A DNA stretch of 64,000 bases from contig CAXXWC010000015.1 of NCBI GenBank assembly GCA_963668645.2, forward strand, positions 32,001 to 96,000, read 5' to 3'. How positions within the stretch are numbered: position 1 is the stretch's first letter; every line of letters starts with the position of its first letter. This DNA comes from Desulfobacterales bacterium (GTDB lineage Bacteria; Desulfobacterota; Desulfobacteria; Desulfobacterales; UBA2174). Positions 40,565 through 50,926 of the stretch are shown here, in pieces. The notes under the pieces were generated by a model. It was not told the DNA's origin, did not search any database, and saw nothing but the letters and a program-made list of their open reading frames with translations. The position numbers and the translations under genes are program-made.

Positions 40565-41689
40565 ATGGAAGGTATAGCCGTTTTGCAAGACCGATCTGCC
40601 AACCCCATGCTGCAATTCAAAGGACTGACAAAACGTTTCGGCAATGTCACGGCCGTTGCCCCCACCGACCTGGACATCGAGGAGGGCACCCTGGTGACCT
40701 TGCTGGGCCCCTCGGGCTGCGGCAAAACCACCATGCTGCGAATGGTGGCCGGCCTGGAGCCTCCCAGTGGAGGCGACATCCTGATCCGGGGCCGGCGGAT
40801 CAACGACACGCCCATCCACAAGCGCAACCTCGGCATGATCTTCCAGAACTACGCCCTTTTTCCCCACAAGACGATCTTCGACAACGTGGCCTTCGGCCTC
40901 AAGTACCGCCAGGTGCCGCGGGCCGAAATCGAGGGCAAGGTCAAACGCGCGCTGGAGATGGTGCGCCTGCCCGGGGTGGAACAGCGCCGCCCGGCCCAGC
41001 TCTCCGGGGGCCAGCAGCAGCGCATCGCGCTGGCCCGGGCCATCGTCATCGAACCGGACGTGTTGCTGATGGACGAACCGCTGTCGGCTCTGGACGAAAA
41101 CCTGCGCGAGGACATGCGCCGCGAGATCGACAGCCTGCAGCAGCTCATCGGGGTGACCACCATCTTCGTCACCCACGACCAGCGTGAAGCTTTGAGCATG
41201 TCCGACAAGATCGTGGTGATCAAGGACGGGCGCATCCAGCAGTCGGGCACCCCTCAGGAGGTTTACAACCGGCCGGCCAACCACTTCGTAGCCGATTTTC
41301 TCGGCCATTCCAACTTCATGGCCGGCACCATCGAGGGCGCGGAAAACGACCGGGTGGTGGTACGGCTCGACAACGGCACCGTGCTGCGCGTGCGCGCCGA
41401 AGCGGCGTTGCGCAAAGGGGCTCGCGTCGAGGCCGTGGTCCGGGCCCAGCGCTTCGAGGTTTTCCACCAGGAAGAATGCCGTACCCTGCAAGACAAGGCC
41501 AACCGCTTCAAGGGCATCATCAGGGACCGCAGCTACATGGGCGGGGAGGTGAACTACTACGTGGAAATCGCCGACGGCAGCGAGCTGCATGTCATCAGCA
41601 TGATGCGCACGCGGTTGCTGCACACCGGCGCCCCGGTCTGCCTCCAGGTGGCGCCCAGACACTGCCACCTGCTACCGCTGGAGGCGTAA
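40565..41689 (+). CDS. Polyamine-type ABC ATP-binding protein (PotA-like)
   Basis: GPSGCGKTT, FQNYALFPH, LSGGQQQR, TOBE-like C-terminus. Confidence 0.93.
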   Translation: MEGIAVLQDRSANPMLQFKGLTKRFGNVTAVAPTDLDIEEGTLVTLLGPSGCGKTTMLRMVAGLEPPSGGDILIRGRRINDTPIHKRNLGMIFQNYALFPHKTIFDNVAFGLKYRQVPRAEIEGKVKRALEMVRLPGVEQRRPAQLSGGQQQRIALARAIVIEPDVLLMDEPLSALDENLREDMRREIDSLQQLIGVTTIFVTHDQREALSMSDKIVVIKDGRIQQSGTPQEVYNRPANHFVADFLGHSNFMAGTIEGAENDRVVVRLDNGTVLRVRAEAALRKGARVEAVVRAQRFEVFHQEECRTLQDKANRFKGIIRDRSYMGGEVNYYVEIADGSELHVISMMRTRLLHTGAPVCLQVAPRHCHLLPLEA

Positions 41690-42732
41690 TGAAGACGACC
41701 GAACCGTCCCTGGACCGATTGGCGGCCAGCCTCGGGGCACCCATCACCACCATCGACTCGCACACCGCCGGCGAACGCACCCGCCTGATCGTGGCGGGCA
41801 CACCGGCCCTGGCCGGCGCGACCATGGCGGCCAAACGGGATGATTTTCGCAGTCGTTGCGATTACCTGCGCCGGCGCCTGCTCCATGAGCCGCGCGGCGA
41901 CGGCAAGCTGCTGGCGGCCCTGGTCACCGAACCGGTGAGCCCGGGAGCGGCCTTCGGACTGATCTACATGGACGGCCGCCGCTATCCCTACCTTTGCGGC
42001 CATGCCACCATCGGGGCCGTGGCGACCTTCATCCAGGCCGGCTGGATCACGGCCGAAGCCCCGGAAACCACGGTGGTGGTGGACACCCCCTCGGGGCCGA
42101 TGACGGCCCGCGCCCGCATCGACGGCGGCAGGGTCGTGTCCGTGGCCATCCGGGCCGTGCCCTCCTTTGTCTACGCCGTGGACCAGCCCCTCAGCGTGCC
42201 GGGGGTCGGTGACCTGCGGGTGGAGACCGTCTGCGTGGGCGGGTTTTTCGTCATGGTCCCCGCCGGCCAGCTCCCCGTCCCCCCGGACGTGCGGCGCCAC
42301 GGCCGCGAGCTGGTGGACATGGGCATGGCGATCATCGCCGCGGCCAACCAACAGCTCACCGTGCGCCACCCGCTGCGGCCAGAAGTGCGCACCGTGGACG
42401 TGGTCAAGATCTACGACCCTGCCGGCCACGACGGCGCCACCGGACGCGGGGTGGTAATCTATGGCGAAGGCCAGGTCGACCGCTCGCCCTGCGGCACCGG
42501 TACGGCCGCCATCTGCACCCTCCTGCACCACCGCGGCGAGTTGGCCGTCGGGCAGCCGTTTACCTCCCTTAGCCCCATCGACACCCGCTTTACGGCCCGC
42601 GTCGCGGCCGAAGTCACCGTGGGCGATCTTGCCGGAGTCGAGGTGGAGATCGAAGGCGCGGCCCACATCACCGGCATCCACCGCTTCGTGCTCGATCCCC
42701 ACGATCCCCTGCCAGATGGGTTTCTCCTCTAG
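41689..42732 (+). CDS. Proline racemase / hydroxyproline epimerase family (Cys/Cys)
   Basis: IDSHTAGE, EPRG, LCGH, DRSPCGTGT; TAATG coupling. Confidence 0.9.
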   Translation: MKTTEPSLDRLAASLGAPITTIDSHTAGERTRLIVAGTPALAGATMAAKRDDFRSRCDYLRRRLLHEPRGDGKLLAALVTEPVSPGAAFGLIYMDGRRYPYLCGHATIGAVATFIQAGWITAEAPETTVVVDTPSGPMTARARIDGGRVVSVAIRAVPSFVYAVDQPLSVPGVGDLRVETVCVGGFFVMVPAGQLPVPPDVRRHGRELVDMGMAIIAAANQQLTVRHPLRPEVRTVDVVKIYDPAGHDGATGRGVVIYGEGQVDRSPCGTGTAAICTLLHHRGELAVGQPFTSLSPIDTRFTARVAAEVTVGDLAGVEVEIEGAAHITGIHRFVLDPHDPLPDGFLL

Positions 42733-42840
42733 TCCAGGCATCAATCCGGCTTTGCCTTTTGGATCGTCGAAAGGTATGCACAGTCTTGTTCGGGTTGACA
42801 CGGGCAGACCGCCGACCTCGCTTATCGAAAGGACTTGCGC

Positions 42841-44466
42841 ATGCTTTCATCGACAGTGCCGCCAATCGACCTGATCCTGTTCAACGGCGCCCTGTGCACC
42901 CAGGACCGCCGCCGGCCCCGGGCCACCGCTCTTGCCGTGGCCGGCCGGCGCATTGCAGCCGTGGGTCCCGACAGGGAGATCCAGGCCCTGGCCGGGCCGC
43001 ATGCCGAGCGCATCGACCTTCACGGCGGCTCCGTGCTGCCCGGGATGGCCGATACCCATTGTCATTTTTACGAATGGGCCCTGCAGCGGCGCCGGCTCGA
43101 CCTTTCCGGGACCGCCTCCCTGGAGGCCCTGGGCCGTCAGGTGGCCCGGGCCGCAGCCGCTCTGCCGCAGGGCCACTGGCTCCTGGGCCAGGGATGGAAC
43201 GAGGGGCAATGGACCGCGAACCGCATGCCGGACCGGGAAACCCTCGACGCCGCGGCCCCGGACCATCCGGTGGTGCTGTGGCGCTGCGACATGCATCTGG
43301 CGGCAGTCAATTCAAAGGCCCTGGCAGCCGCGGGCATCGACGCCGGAACGCCCGACCCGCCCGAGGGCCGCATCGCGCGCGACGCTTCGGGCCGGCCCAC
43401 CGGGATTCTGCGCGAGCTGGCCATCAATCTTGTCCGCGACCGGATCACGCCGCCCACCGACGCACAACTGGACCAAGCCCTGGCCGAGGCTGTGGCCGCG
43501 GCCCACAGGGTGGGCTTGACCGGAATCCACGACATCCGGTTGATGAACGACGCCGACGGGGCCAGGGCTTTTAGCGCCTTTCAGCGGCTGCGCCAAAACG
43601 GTGGCCTCGATCTGCGCTGCGCCGTGGCCCTTTCCGGCGAGCGGTTGGACGAGGCCGTGGCCCTGGGGCTGCGCACCGGGTTCGGCGACGACCGGCTGCG
43701 CATCGGCCATGTCAAGTTCTTTGCCGACGGCGGCATCGGGGCGCGCACGGCCTGGATGCTCGAACCTTTCGAAGATGCCGGATGCGGCATCTGCCTGACA
43801 CCGCCGGCCGAACTGGCCATTGCGGTCCGCAGGGCCGAGGCGGCCGGCTTGGCGGTGATGATCCACGCCATCGGGGACCGGGCCGTGCGGGAGGTGATCT
43901 CGCTTTTCGCATCCTTGCAAAAACAGCGCTGCGGCCCCCCACCACCGGTGGCCCACCGCATCGAACACGTCCAGACAATCCACCCGGACGACCTGCCTCG
44001 CCTGGCGGCCCTGGACGTGGCCGCCTGTCTCACCCCAGAAAACCTGGTGCTCGACATCAACACGGTGGACGCGGCCCTGGGTGAGCGGGCCCGGCGGGCC
44101 TATGCCCTGCGAGACATCATCGACACCGGAATTCCGGTGATGTTCAGCTCGGACAGCCCGGTGTGCACCATCGATCCGCTGGAAGGGATGCGCGCCGCGG
44201 TGACCCGCACGCGGCCGGACGGCACGCCGCCAGGCGGCTGGTACCCGCGGTCGCTCGTCTCCCTGGCCGAGGCGGTGGCGGCCTACACCCGCACGCCGGC
44301 CGAAGTCCACGGCCGGGGCCACGAGCTGGGGGTCCTGGCCCCGGGATATCTTGCCGACCTGGTGGCCTTGGACCACGATATTTTCTCCCTGGGGCCCGCG
44401 GCCCTGGCCCGGGCGCGGGTCGATCTGACCGTCTTCGACGGGAAGATCGTCTATCGACGCAAATAG
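42841..44466 (+). CDS. Amidohydrolase 3 family (YtcJ-like)
   Basis: PGMADTHCH, KFFADG, HAIGD, RIEHVQ, SSDSP. Confidence 0.9.
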   Translation: MLSSTVPPIDLILFNGALCTQDRRRPRATALAVAGRRIAAVGPDREIQALAGPHAERIDLHGGSVLPGMADTHCHFYEWALQRRRLDLSGTASLEALGRQVARAAAALPQGHWLLGQGWNEGQWTANRMPDRETLDAAAPDHPVVLWRCDMHLAAVNSKALAAAGIDAGTPDPPEGRIARDASGRPTGILRELAINLVRDRITPPTDAQLDQALAEAVAAAHRVGLTGIHDIRLMNDADGARAFSAFQRLRQNGGLDLRCAVALSGERLDEAVALGLRTGFGDDRLRIGHVKFFADGGIGARTAWMLEPFEDAGCGICLTPPAELAIAVRRAEAAGLAVMIHAIGDRAVREVISLFASLQKQRCGPPPPVAHRIEHVQTIHPDDLPRLAALDVAACLTPENLVLDINTVDAALGERARRAYALRDIIDTGIPVMFSSDSPVCTIDPLEGMRAAVTRTRPDGTPPGGWYPRSLVSLAEAVAAYTRTPAEVHGRGHELGVLAPGYLADLVALDHDIFSLGPAALARARVDLTVFDGKIVYRRK

Positions 44467-44560
44467 AAGGGATGCAATTCGAGGCGGGCAGTTTACTTCA
44501 CCCCACGACACAAAAAAACCGACGTGGATGAGCCGCAACCAAACGGCAGGCCCCTGACGC

Positions 44561-44588
44561 CGTCATGCCGGGCTCGATCCGGCATCCA
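44561..44588. repeat. Single CGTC-type REP palindrome
   Basis: CGTCATGCCGGGCTCGATCCGGCATCCA; 26/28 identical to the reverse complement of 58698-58725. Confidence 0.7.
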
Positions 44589-44670
44589 TTTTTAAAGTCG
44601 GACTTCGAATTCGTGTACTGCGTGCTCTTCGTGGCCTCGATAATCCACCGACCCTGCCGGAAACCCCTTG

Positions 44671-47133
44671 TCACCCCACCATGAAACCGTCGCTGCTGAA
44701 TAGACCGGGCACGGTCCAGAGCGGCACCCCGGCCGCATCCTCCGACACCCCTTGCGGCCACTGGTAAGCGGGGTCCATCTCCTTAAAATAGTCCAGGGTG
44801 TAAGGCTGCAACTTGAGATGCAGCACTCCGCCGGTGGCCTTTAAGCGGGAGGTGAGGCCGAAGTCGACCTCGCCCAGGGGGGTGGCGATGATGTAGCGCG
44901 GAATCTCGCGGCCGCTGCCCTCTCGGCGCACGGTAGTGGCGATGTCGATCACGTCGGCCGTGTCCAGGGGCCGATCCGCGTTGTGGCGCCGCTGCAGCGG
45001 CAGGCCGGCCACATAGCAGTGGTGAAACTCGATGCCCGCACCCCGCAGGCCGTAGGCCAGGGCCATGGCCGCCTCCGGGGTGTCGTTGACCCCGGTAAGC
45101 AGCGGAACGTTGGCGTAGACCGTGATGCCGTGATTGTTGAGCCGGCGCGCCAGGCGACGGTGGGCGGATCCCAGTTCGGCGGCGTGCAGGAATTGGGTTT
45201 CGATCTCCAGGCGCAAGGGGCGCGCCACCTCCAGATGGTTCAACGCGCCCAGACGGGAGATCAGGGCCCGGCCGAAGCGTTCGGGCGCATAGGCAAAGGC
45301 CAGGCTGCGCAGGCGTACCGCGTTGACGTGGTCCACCGGCCGCAACGCCTCTACCACGGCGGCCACCTCGTCGAGGCGCTCGATGGCCTCGCCGGCAAGG
45401 ACCACGTCGGTCACTTCCCGGTTGTCGATGGCGTAGGCCAAGGCTTCGGGTCCTGCGCCGGCTTCCAGCCCCACCCGGGTACGGTGCAGGCGGCGGGCGC
45501 CTTCAGGCACAGCGGCCACCACCGAGCAAAGCGGCTGCGGTTCGGCCAGGGCATCTTGCTGCAACGTTTCCAGCAACGGCGGGTCGGGCCGCTCGGTCCT
45601 CGCCGGCCGGGCCGGGCGCCGGCCGAGGTAAAGGCCCTCGTCGCCAATGCGGGCCATGTAGCTCACGTCGATGGTCCCTTCCGCGTTGGCGCGAAGGTTG
45701 TTCAGGCCGTCGGCCAGGGGGGCGAAGCGCTTGAAGTATTCCGGCGTGTAGGGGGTGCGCAGCCAGACGAATTTTTCGTCCGTGGCGTGGGGTTCCACGG
45801 CCCAGCCCGAGCTGTTCCAGTCGAGCTTGCCGATGGGCGTGGCCGTGCAGATGCGAGGGATGACCCGGTCGGACAGGTTGGCCCGCAGGTAGGAGGCTAC
45901 CCCCACACCGTCTGAAAGCGGGGACCAGTAGACGCTGTTGCCGTGGATCGGGCTGCAAGGGATGTAGATGTAGTGCAGCTCTGCCCCGGCGCCGCGCAGC
46001 AGGCCAAAAAGACGCACCAGCTCCGGCCCCTTGTCGTTGCAGTCTTTGAGAAAGGGGGTCTGGATGTAGACCGGGATGCCGTTTTTGACCAGCTCGGATA
46101 TGATCTCCAGGCACTCGGGCGACACCTCGTCCGGGTGGATGAGGTGGGTGGCCAGCTCCATGCGCTTTCCCAGGGCCTGGAGTTCGAGGCTTTTCAGTTT
46201 CAGATAGTCGAGCAGCTCCCCGTCGTCGGCCAGAAACAGGTTCGGGTAGTAGGCCACTGAGCGGGTAGCCAGCCGCAGGCATTGCACGTGCGCGATCTGC
46301 TTGAGCCCGTCGATGGCCGCGGCCATGTTGCACCGATTGAGAAACGGGTCGCCGCCGGTGATGACGATCTCCTTGATGTTTGGCGAGGCGGCCACGTGGG
46401 CCACGGCCCGGGCCACATCGGCCACGGTGGGGTTGGTCTCGTTGCGCGACTCCTTGTGTTTACGGAAACAAAAGCGGCAGTAAACCGGGCAGCTCATGTT
46501 AAGCAGGAAGATCACCCGGTTCTGGTACATCTGTTCCAGCAGCCCCTGGTGAAACTGGCCGATCCAGGTGTTGGTGTGTCCCACCGGATCGAGTTCTTCG
46601 ACAAAGGGCAGGTACTGGTAGGCCACGTCGCGCGAAACGCGCATCTGGCGTATGGTGTGCATAGACAGGCGCACCGGGTAAGTGTCGATGACCGCCTGTA
46701 GCGATTCGCGCTGTTCGTCCGGCACACGGATGTTGGTGCGCCCTTCGAGCTGGGCCACATCCTTGATGCTGACGAACCCGTTGCCGGGCAGAAGCCGTTG
46801 GAGCACCGCTACCAGCAGCATCTGGGAAATCTCGATGCCGTTAAGGCAGAGCGCATGCGGGCACTGGCTGTCGGCCGAAACGAGGAGGGCCACCAGGCTG
46901 CGGATGAAACCGTCTGCATCGGCCCCGAAGCCGGCCGCGGCGACGAGCCGCTCGAATTTGGCCGTGCCGCTGCCCTCCCCGATCACACCGGCCATCGTAT
47001 CGCCCAACAGGTAGGCCGTACCGTAAAACTCGAGAAAATCGGTTACGGCCGCCACCAAGTCGCAGGAGCGGACATCCACGGTTTCGCCGCTGTTGCTGAA
47101 CTCGGCCGACAGGTGTTCGTTGTGTGCGTCCAT
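44671..47133 (-). CDS. KamA/lysine 2,3-aminomutase-like radical SAM protein with a degenerate second KamA domain
   Basis: CPVYCRFC, ITGGDP, HPDE, TPIGK; C-terminal repeat lacks the Cys motif. Confidence 0.82.
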   Translation of the reverse strand: MDAHNEHLSAEFSNSGETVDVRSCDLVAAVTDFLEFYGTAYLLGDTMAGVIGEGSGTAKFERLVAAAGFGADADGFIRSLVALLVSADSQCPHALCLNGIEISQMLLVAVLQRLLPGNGFVSIKDVAQLEGRTNIRVPDEQRESLQAVIDTYPVRLSMHTIRQMRVSRDVAYQYLPFVEELDPVGHTNTWIGQFHQGLLEQMYQNRVIFLLNMSCPVYCRFCFRKHKESRNETNPTVADVARAVAHVAASPNIKEIVITGGDPFLNRCNMAAAIDGLKQIAHVQCLRLATRSVAYYPNLFLADDGELLDYLKLKSLELQALGKRMELATHLIHPDEVSPECLEIISELVKNGIPVYIQTPFLKDCNDKGPELVRLFGLLRGAGAELHYIYIPCSPIHGNSVYWSPLSDGVGVASYLRANLSDRVIPRICTATPIGKLDWNSSGWAVEPHATDEKFVWLRTPYTPEYFKRFAPLADGLNNLRANAEGTIDVSYMARIGDEGLYLGRRPARPARTERPDPPLLETLQQDALAEPQPLCSVVAAVPEGARRLHRTRVGLEAGAGPEALAYAIDNREVTDVVLAGEAIERLDEVAAVVEALRPVDHVNAVRLRSLAFAYAPERFGRALISRLGALNHLEVARPLRLEIETQFLHAAELGSAHRRLARRLNNHGITVYANVPLLTGVNDTPEAAMALAYGLRGAGIEFHHCYVAGLPLQRRHNADRPLDTADVIDIATTVRREGSGREIPRYIIATPLGEVDFGLTSRLKATGGVLHLKLQPYTLDYFKEMDPAYQWPQGVSEDAAGVPLWTVPGLFSSDGFMVG

Positions 47134-47250
47134 GGCCCATGCTCCTTGGTTTGTTGGCGGGAAAAAACGGCGAAAGCGGCCGCCGTCCGGCAAGCCGCTT
47201 CTCGTATGATTTCCCCCTCATAGATAAGGGCGCAACCAGCTGTCAAGCCT

Positions 47251-48119
47251 TCATTTGAAAAGGCCCTTGGACCAGACCGCCATGGTCTCGATGGTGCCGC
47301 CGATCTGGGTGTTGTTCACCATGCATCCGCAGAGGGTGTAGCCGGCCTGCTTGAAAACCACGCTCATCGCCGGTGCGCGCAGCCGGGCGATGGAAAAAAC
47401 GGTGCTCAGCCCCTGGCGGGCCAACTCGGCCTCCATGGCGGAAAGCAGGCGGCCGGCCAGTTGGCGGCCGCGCCAGCCGGGAAGCACGGCAAAATCGGTC
47501 ATCTCCGCCGACCGGTGGCAGTGGTCGATCTCTGCCGAGGCCACTGCCACGAAGCAGCCCTGGCGGCGGACGCCAAAATAGACGACGCCTTGCGCCATGG
47601 TAGCGGCGAGGTAGGCCGGATCGTAGACCGGAAAAGGATAGGAGGCGAACACGCGCCGGTAGAGGGCATTCATGGCCGGTGCGTCTGTTGGATGACAGCG
47701 CGTCATGTCCCTGGGCGGCGACCGGCGCGGGGAGGCCGGCGCAACCGTGTCGAGCAGCGCCAGGGCACGTGCAACCGCCTCGGGGTGGCCCTCGCGACCA
47801 CGTTCCGGCCGAACAAAGCGGGCCATGAAAAAACCGTCCAGATCCGGGGCGAACAGATTTGGCACCCGGGCTTCGATGCGGTAGCCGTTGGCCTCGAAAA
47901 GTCCCCTGGCCGTCGCCTGCACCTTGGCGCAGATCTTACCGTAGCCATGGCGCCGCGCCAGCCGGTGCAATTGGTCCAGGATGACGGGCAAATCCTCCTG
48001 CCCAGGTGCATCAGGTAGACCCGGTCGTTGAGCGGCCCGTGCTGAACCGTCGAGCAGCCCAGGGTCTCGATGCGGTCCGCAACGACGGAAATCGGTGGAT
48101 TTGAAAAAGCGTCCGGCAT
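47251..48119 (-). pseudogene. ablB: Beta-lysine N-acetyltransferase (AblB-like), frameshifted near 48000
   Basis: QHGPLNDRVYLMHLG in one frame; GYGKICAKV, VFASYPFPVYDP, AEMTDFA, NNTQIGG in another. Confidence 0.75.
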
Positions 48120-48414
48120 GAACATCGTGTAACATGTGCATCCGGTGGCGTCCACTAGGGCACTGAAGCACTAACGGCAAAACTGCTTTTCTCGCGCCGA
48201 GACGCTGAGTCGCGGGGGACTGCGATAATCCTGGCGTGCTGGCGCGCGCAACGGCACCGCCCTGCACGCCTCGCTGGCCAGATTGCCTCGTTCTTGAAAC
48301 GTACAGGCACAAAAGGATTGCGGACTATGAACAAAGCGGGGTTAACAGTGAAGTCGCTGTTGCCAAAGCTGCCCGTATTTTGCGGACCTTTGTGCAAGTG
48401 GTTGTCAGGTGTTT

Positions 48415-49176
48415 TTATAACCATAGGGCCCAGTCGCCGAAGTCAATTTTTCCGGTTCCATGATGCAATCTGCCCTCAGCCTTCAATTGCCGAAAAGCAT
48501 CACGCATTCTACCCAAAATTTCAGGCTGAATATCCAGCGTGTGATGTGCGGGAAACACATGTTTCACCGGCAGAGCTGATACCCGCTCCAGAGAATTGAG
48601 GTACGCCTCTGGATCAGTGGACGGAAAGTAGGCAAATAGTGTGTCTTTATAAACCAAATCCCCGGTAAAAAGATATCCGCGCTCTTTTTCCCAAAAACAC
48701 ATATGTCCTGGCGAATGGCCGGGCGTATGGACTATTTGAACAAGGCGGTCTCCGATATGAATTGTATCATTATCTTTCAGTACCCTTGTCGGGTTGCCCT
48801 GAAAGAACATATAGTCGTTTACGTCATAGCCTTCCGGCAAGTCGCAACGTTCAACGACCATTGCTTTAATCTGCTCCATTGTCAGAGGAAATTCTCCGTT
48901 AAGCCAGTTCAGTTCAGCTTCATGGGCGTAAAAGTCCGGAAAAAAACGATGTCCGCCGATATGATCCCAGTGAATATGGGTGGCGACTGCGGTAACAGGC
49001 TTGCCAGTCAGCCTGATGACTTCATCGTGGATGTTACAGATTCCAAGCCCGGTATCAATCAGCAAACTGCGTTCAGAGCCATTCAAGAGATAACAATGTG
49101 TTTCTTCCCAGTGGCGGTATTCACTTATGATATAAGTGTCTTTATCAATTTGATCTATTGCAAACCAATCATCCAT
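48415..49176 (-). CDS. MBL-fold metallo-hydrolase
   Basis: THIHWDHIGG, HTPGHSPG, FTGD, PAH. Confidence 0.9.
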   Translation of the reverse strand: MDDWFAIDQIDKDTYIISEYRHWEETHCYLLNGSERSLLIDTGLGICNIHDEVIRLTGKPVTAVATHIHWDHIGGHRFFPDFYAHEAELNWLNGEFPLTMEQIKAMVVERCDLPEGYDVNDYMFFQGNPTRVLKDNDTIHIGDRLVQIVHTPGHSPGHMCFWEKERGYLFTGDLVYKDTLFAYFPSTDPEAYLNSLERVSALPVKHVFPAHHTLDIQPEILGRMRDAFRQLKAEGRLHHGTGKIDFGDWALWL

Positions 49177-49269
49177 TTGACTTCCTCTGTAAAGACCTTG
49201 TCGGCCTTTTACTTTTTATAAGCAGGGTTGAGGTTTTCAAACATAGGATAGTGCTTGGTCCGGTGTTTT

Positions 49270-50175
49270 CTAATTTCCGAAGTAAAGACTCTCTCTTCGA
49301 TCCTTGAGGTAGAAGACTTTGCTGGTTGGGTCGCGCATCCGCTTCAGGGAGGCCAGGTCCAGGTCACAGAAAAGAATATTCTCTTCCGCGATGACCTGAT
49401 GTTGAAGAGGTTTGCCCGTAGTTGGCCCCCATACGGCTGCGCCGCCGGCCTGGCCCTTTTCTCCGGCATGGTCGATGTGGTTGCACGCAGCGACATAAAG
49501 GGTATTGTCATAGGCTCGTGCACCCATGTATCGGTTCCACACCTCAAGGCGCCGTTCACCGCCCAGGGGCGATGCGTGGGGTGAAAAGATGATCTGGGCC
49601 CCCTTCAAAGAGAAGACGGTAGCGATTTCGGGAAAATGCATGTCATAGCAGATACCGATGGCAAAGCAGATCTCTTGCCCCGCGTCGGTTTTTGCACGGA
49701 ATACAGGAAGCGACTCGCCTGGACCCAGGGTTCTGCGCTCCCGGCGACCGAGGTGCGTTTTGCGGTAAGATTCGATTCTGCCGTCGGTAAAGGCGACGAC
49801 CTGGGTGATAAAGTACTTGTCCTTCTCCTTTTCAATCAGCCCCGCCAGGACAATGATTCGGTTGGCCACCGCGATGTTTGAAAGGGTTTTTGATGAGGGG
49901 CCTGGAACAACCTCGGCCATGGCGTGCGGTCGGTCGATGGCATAGCCGGTGATGGACATTTCGGGAAAGCAGATGATCTGCGCCCCCTGTCGCCCAGCCA
50001 CAACGGCAAAGGACTCTATCTTTTCCAAATTTTGCCGCCTGCCCTGTCCGGTATCCATCTGAACGAGGGCAATTCTGAACTGTTGCGAGTCATGCGCATA
50101 GCATGTTGGGCCGAAGGCACTCAGCAGCAAGATGGCTGCCGCTATCACGAGGCGGGTGGCTGGACTGTATTTCAT
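49270..50175 (-). CDS. Carbon-nitrogen hydrolase (nitrilase family) with signal peptide
   Basis: FPE, YRKTHL, ICYD catalytic triad. Confidence 0.88.
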   Translation of the reverse strand: MKYSPATRLVIAAAILLLSAFGPTCYAHDSQQFRIALVQMDTGQGRRQNLEKIESFAVVAGRQGAQIICFPEMSITGYAIDRPHAMAEVVPGPSSKTLSNIAVANRIIVLAGLIEKEKDKYFITQVVAFTDGRIESYRKTHLGRRERRTLGPGESLPVFRAKTDAGQEICFAIGICYDMHFPEIATVFSLKGAQIIFSPHASPLGGERRLEVWNRYMGARAYDNTLYVAACNHIDHAGEKGQAGGAAVWGPTTGKPLQHQVIAEENILFCDLDLASLKRMRDPTSKVFYLKDRRESLYFGN

Positions 50176-50321
50176 ATATCGATCATTCTGTTTTTAAGAG
50201 CGATTATGTCAAAGATGCGATTGTAGGTTAATGCTCGGCCCCATACAAGAACGTTTCCAAAGATTCGATGGTTTTCATTCATCCGCCAACAGGATGCTGC
50301 GGACCCAAAGCAGACTGTAAG

Positions 50322-50741
50322 GTCTCGGAAAACCGCGTCTACCCCCTCGGCCTCGACATCATCGCCCCTTGCACCACCGCACTGCAGGCCCCCTTGGCCG
50401 CAACGGTGGCCGACATCGGCCATGAAGCGGGAAAAGGCAACTACGGCGGCCACGTGCTGATAGCGCACGCCAGCTATGGGCTGGAGACCTTTTACAGCTT
50501 CTACGGCTACCTTCCCCGCGCCGACATGCCGGCCAAAGGGTGCCGCCTTGAGCCGGGTGAACCGTTTGCCCGCCTCGGCGCCTTCCACAAAAACGGCAAC
50601 GGATTCCATGACACCCACTTGCAGGTGATCACCGCAGAAGGGCTGCAACGCGGCTACCAGTTCAAGGGCTACTGCACCCCGGAGGGCCTGCCTGAACTTG
50701 AAGGCTTGTGCCCTTCCCCGCTTTCTCTCTTTCGGACCTGA
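50322..50741 (+). pseudogene. M23 peptidase-like fragment with degenerate metal ligands
   Basis: YPLGLD, GNYGG, FYGYL, DTHLQ resemble M23 motifs with His substitutions; no convincing start. Confidence 0.55.
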
Positions 50742-50926
50742 ATGCCTTTACGCTGGATTTCTCAGGCAGATTGCAATCTTGTCATGCCGCCGGGGAGTGT
50801 GGAAAACCCTTGCCAGGCATGCTTTCCGCGCGGTTTCACGAAAGGCTATCCGGCGGCCCTTTCGCCATGGCCCTGAGCGGCCCGCTTGCTGGTGCGCACA
50901 GGGACCAGCATGCGCAGGTGCACCGA

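Noticed and set aside
1127..44538. Long antisense or overlapping ORFs (e.g. 2726-4327, 3873-5351, 22711-24777, 39218-40504)
   Set aside because: Shadow frames of GC-rich genes that carry clear family motifs on the other strand or frame.
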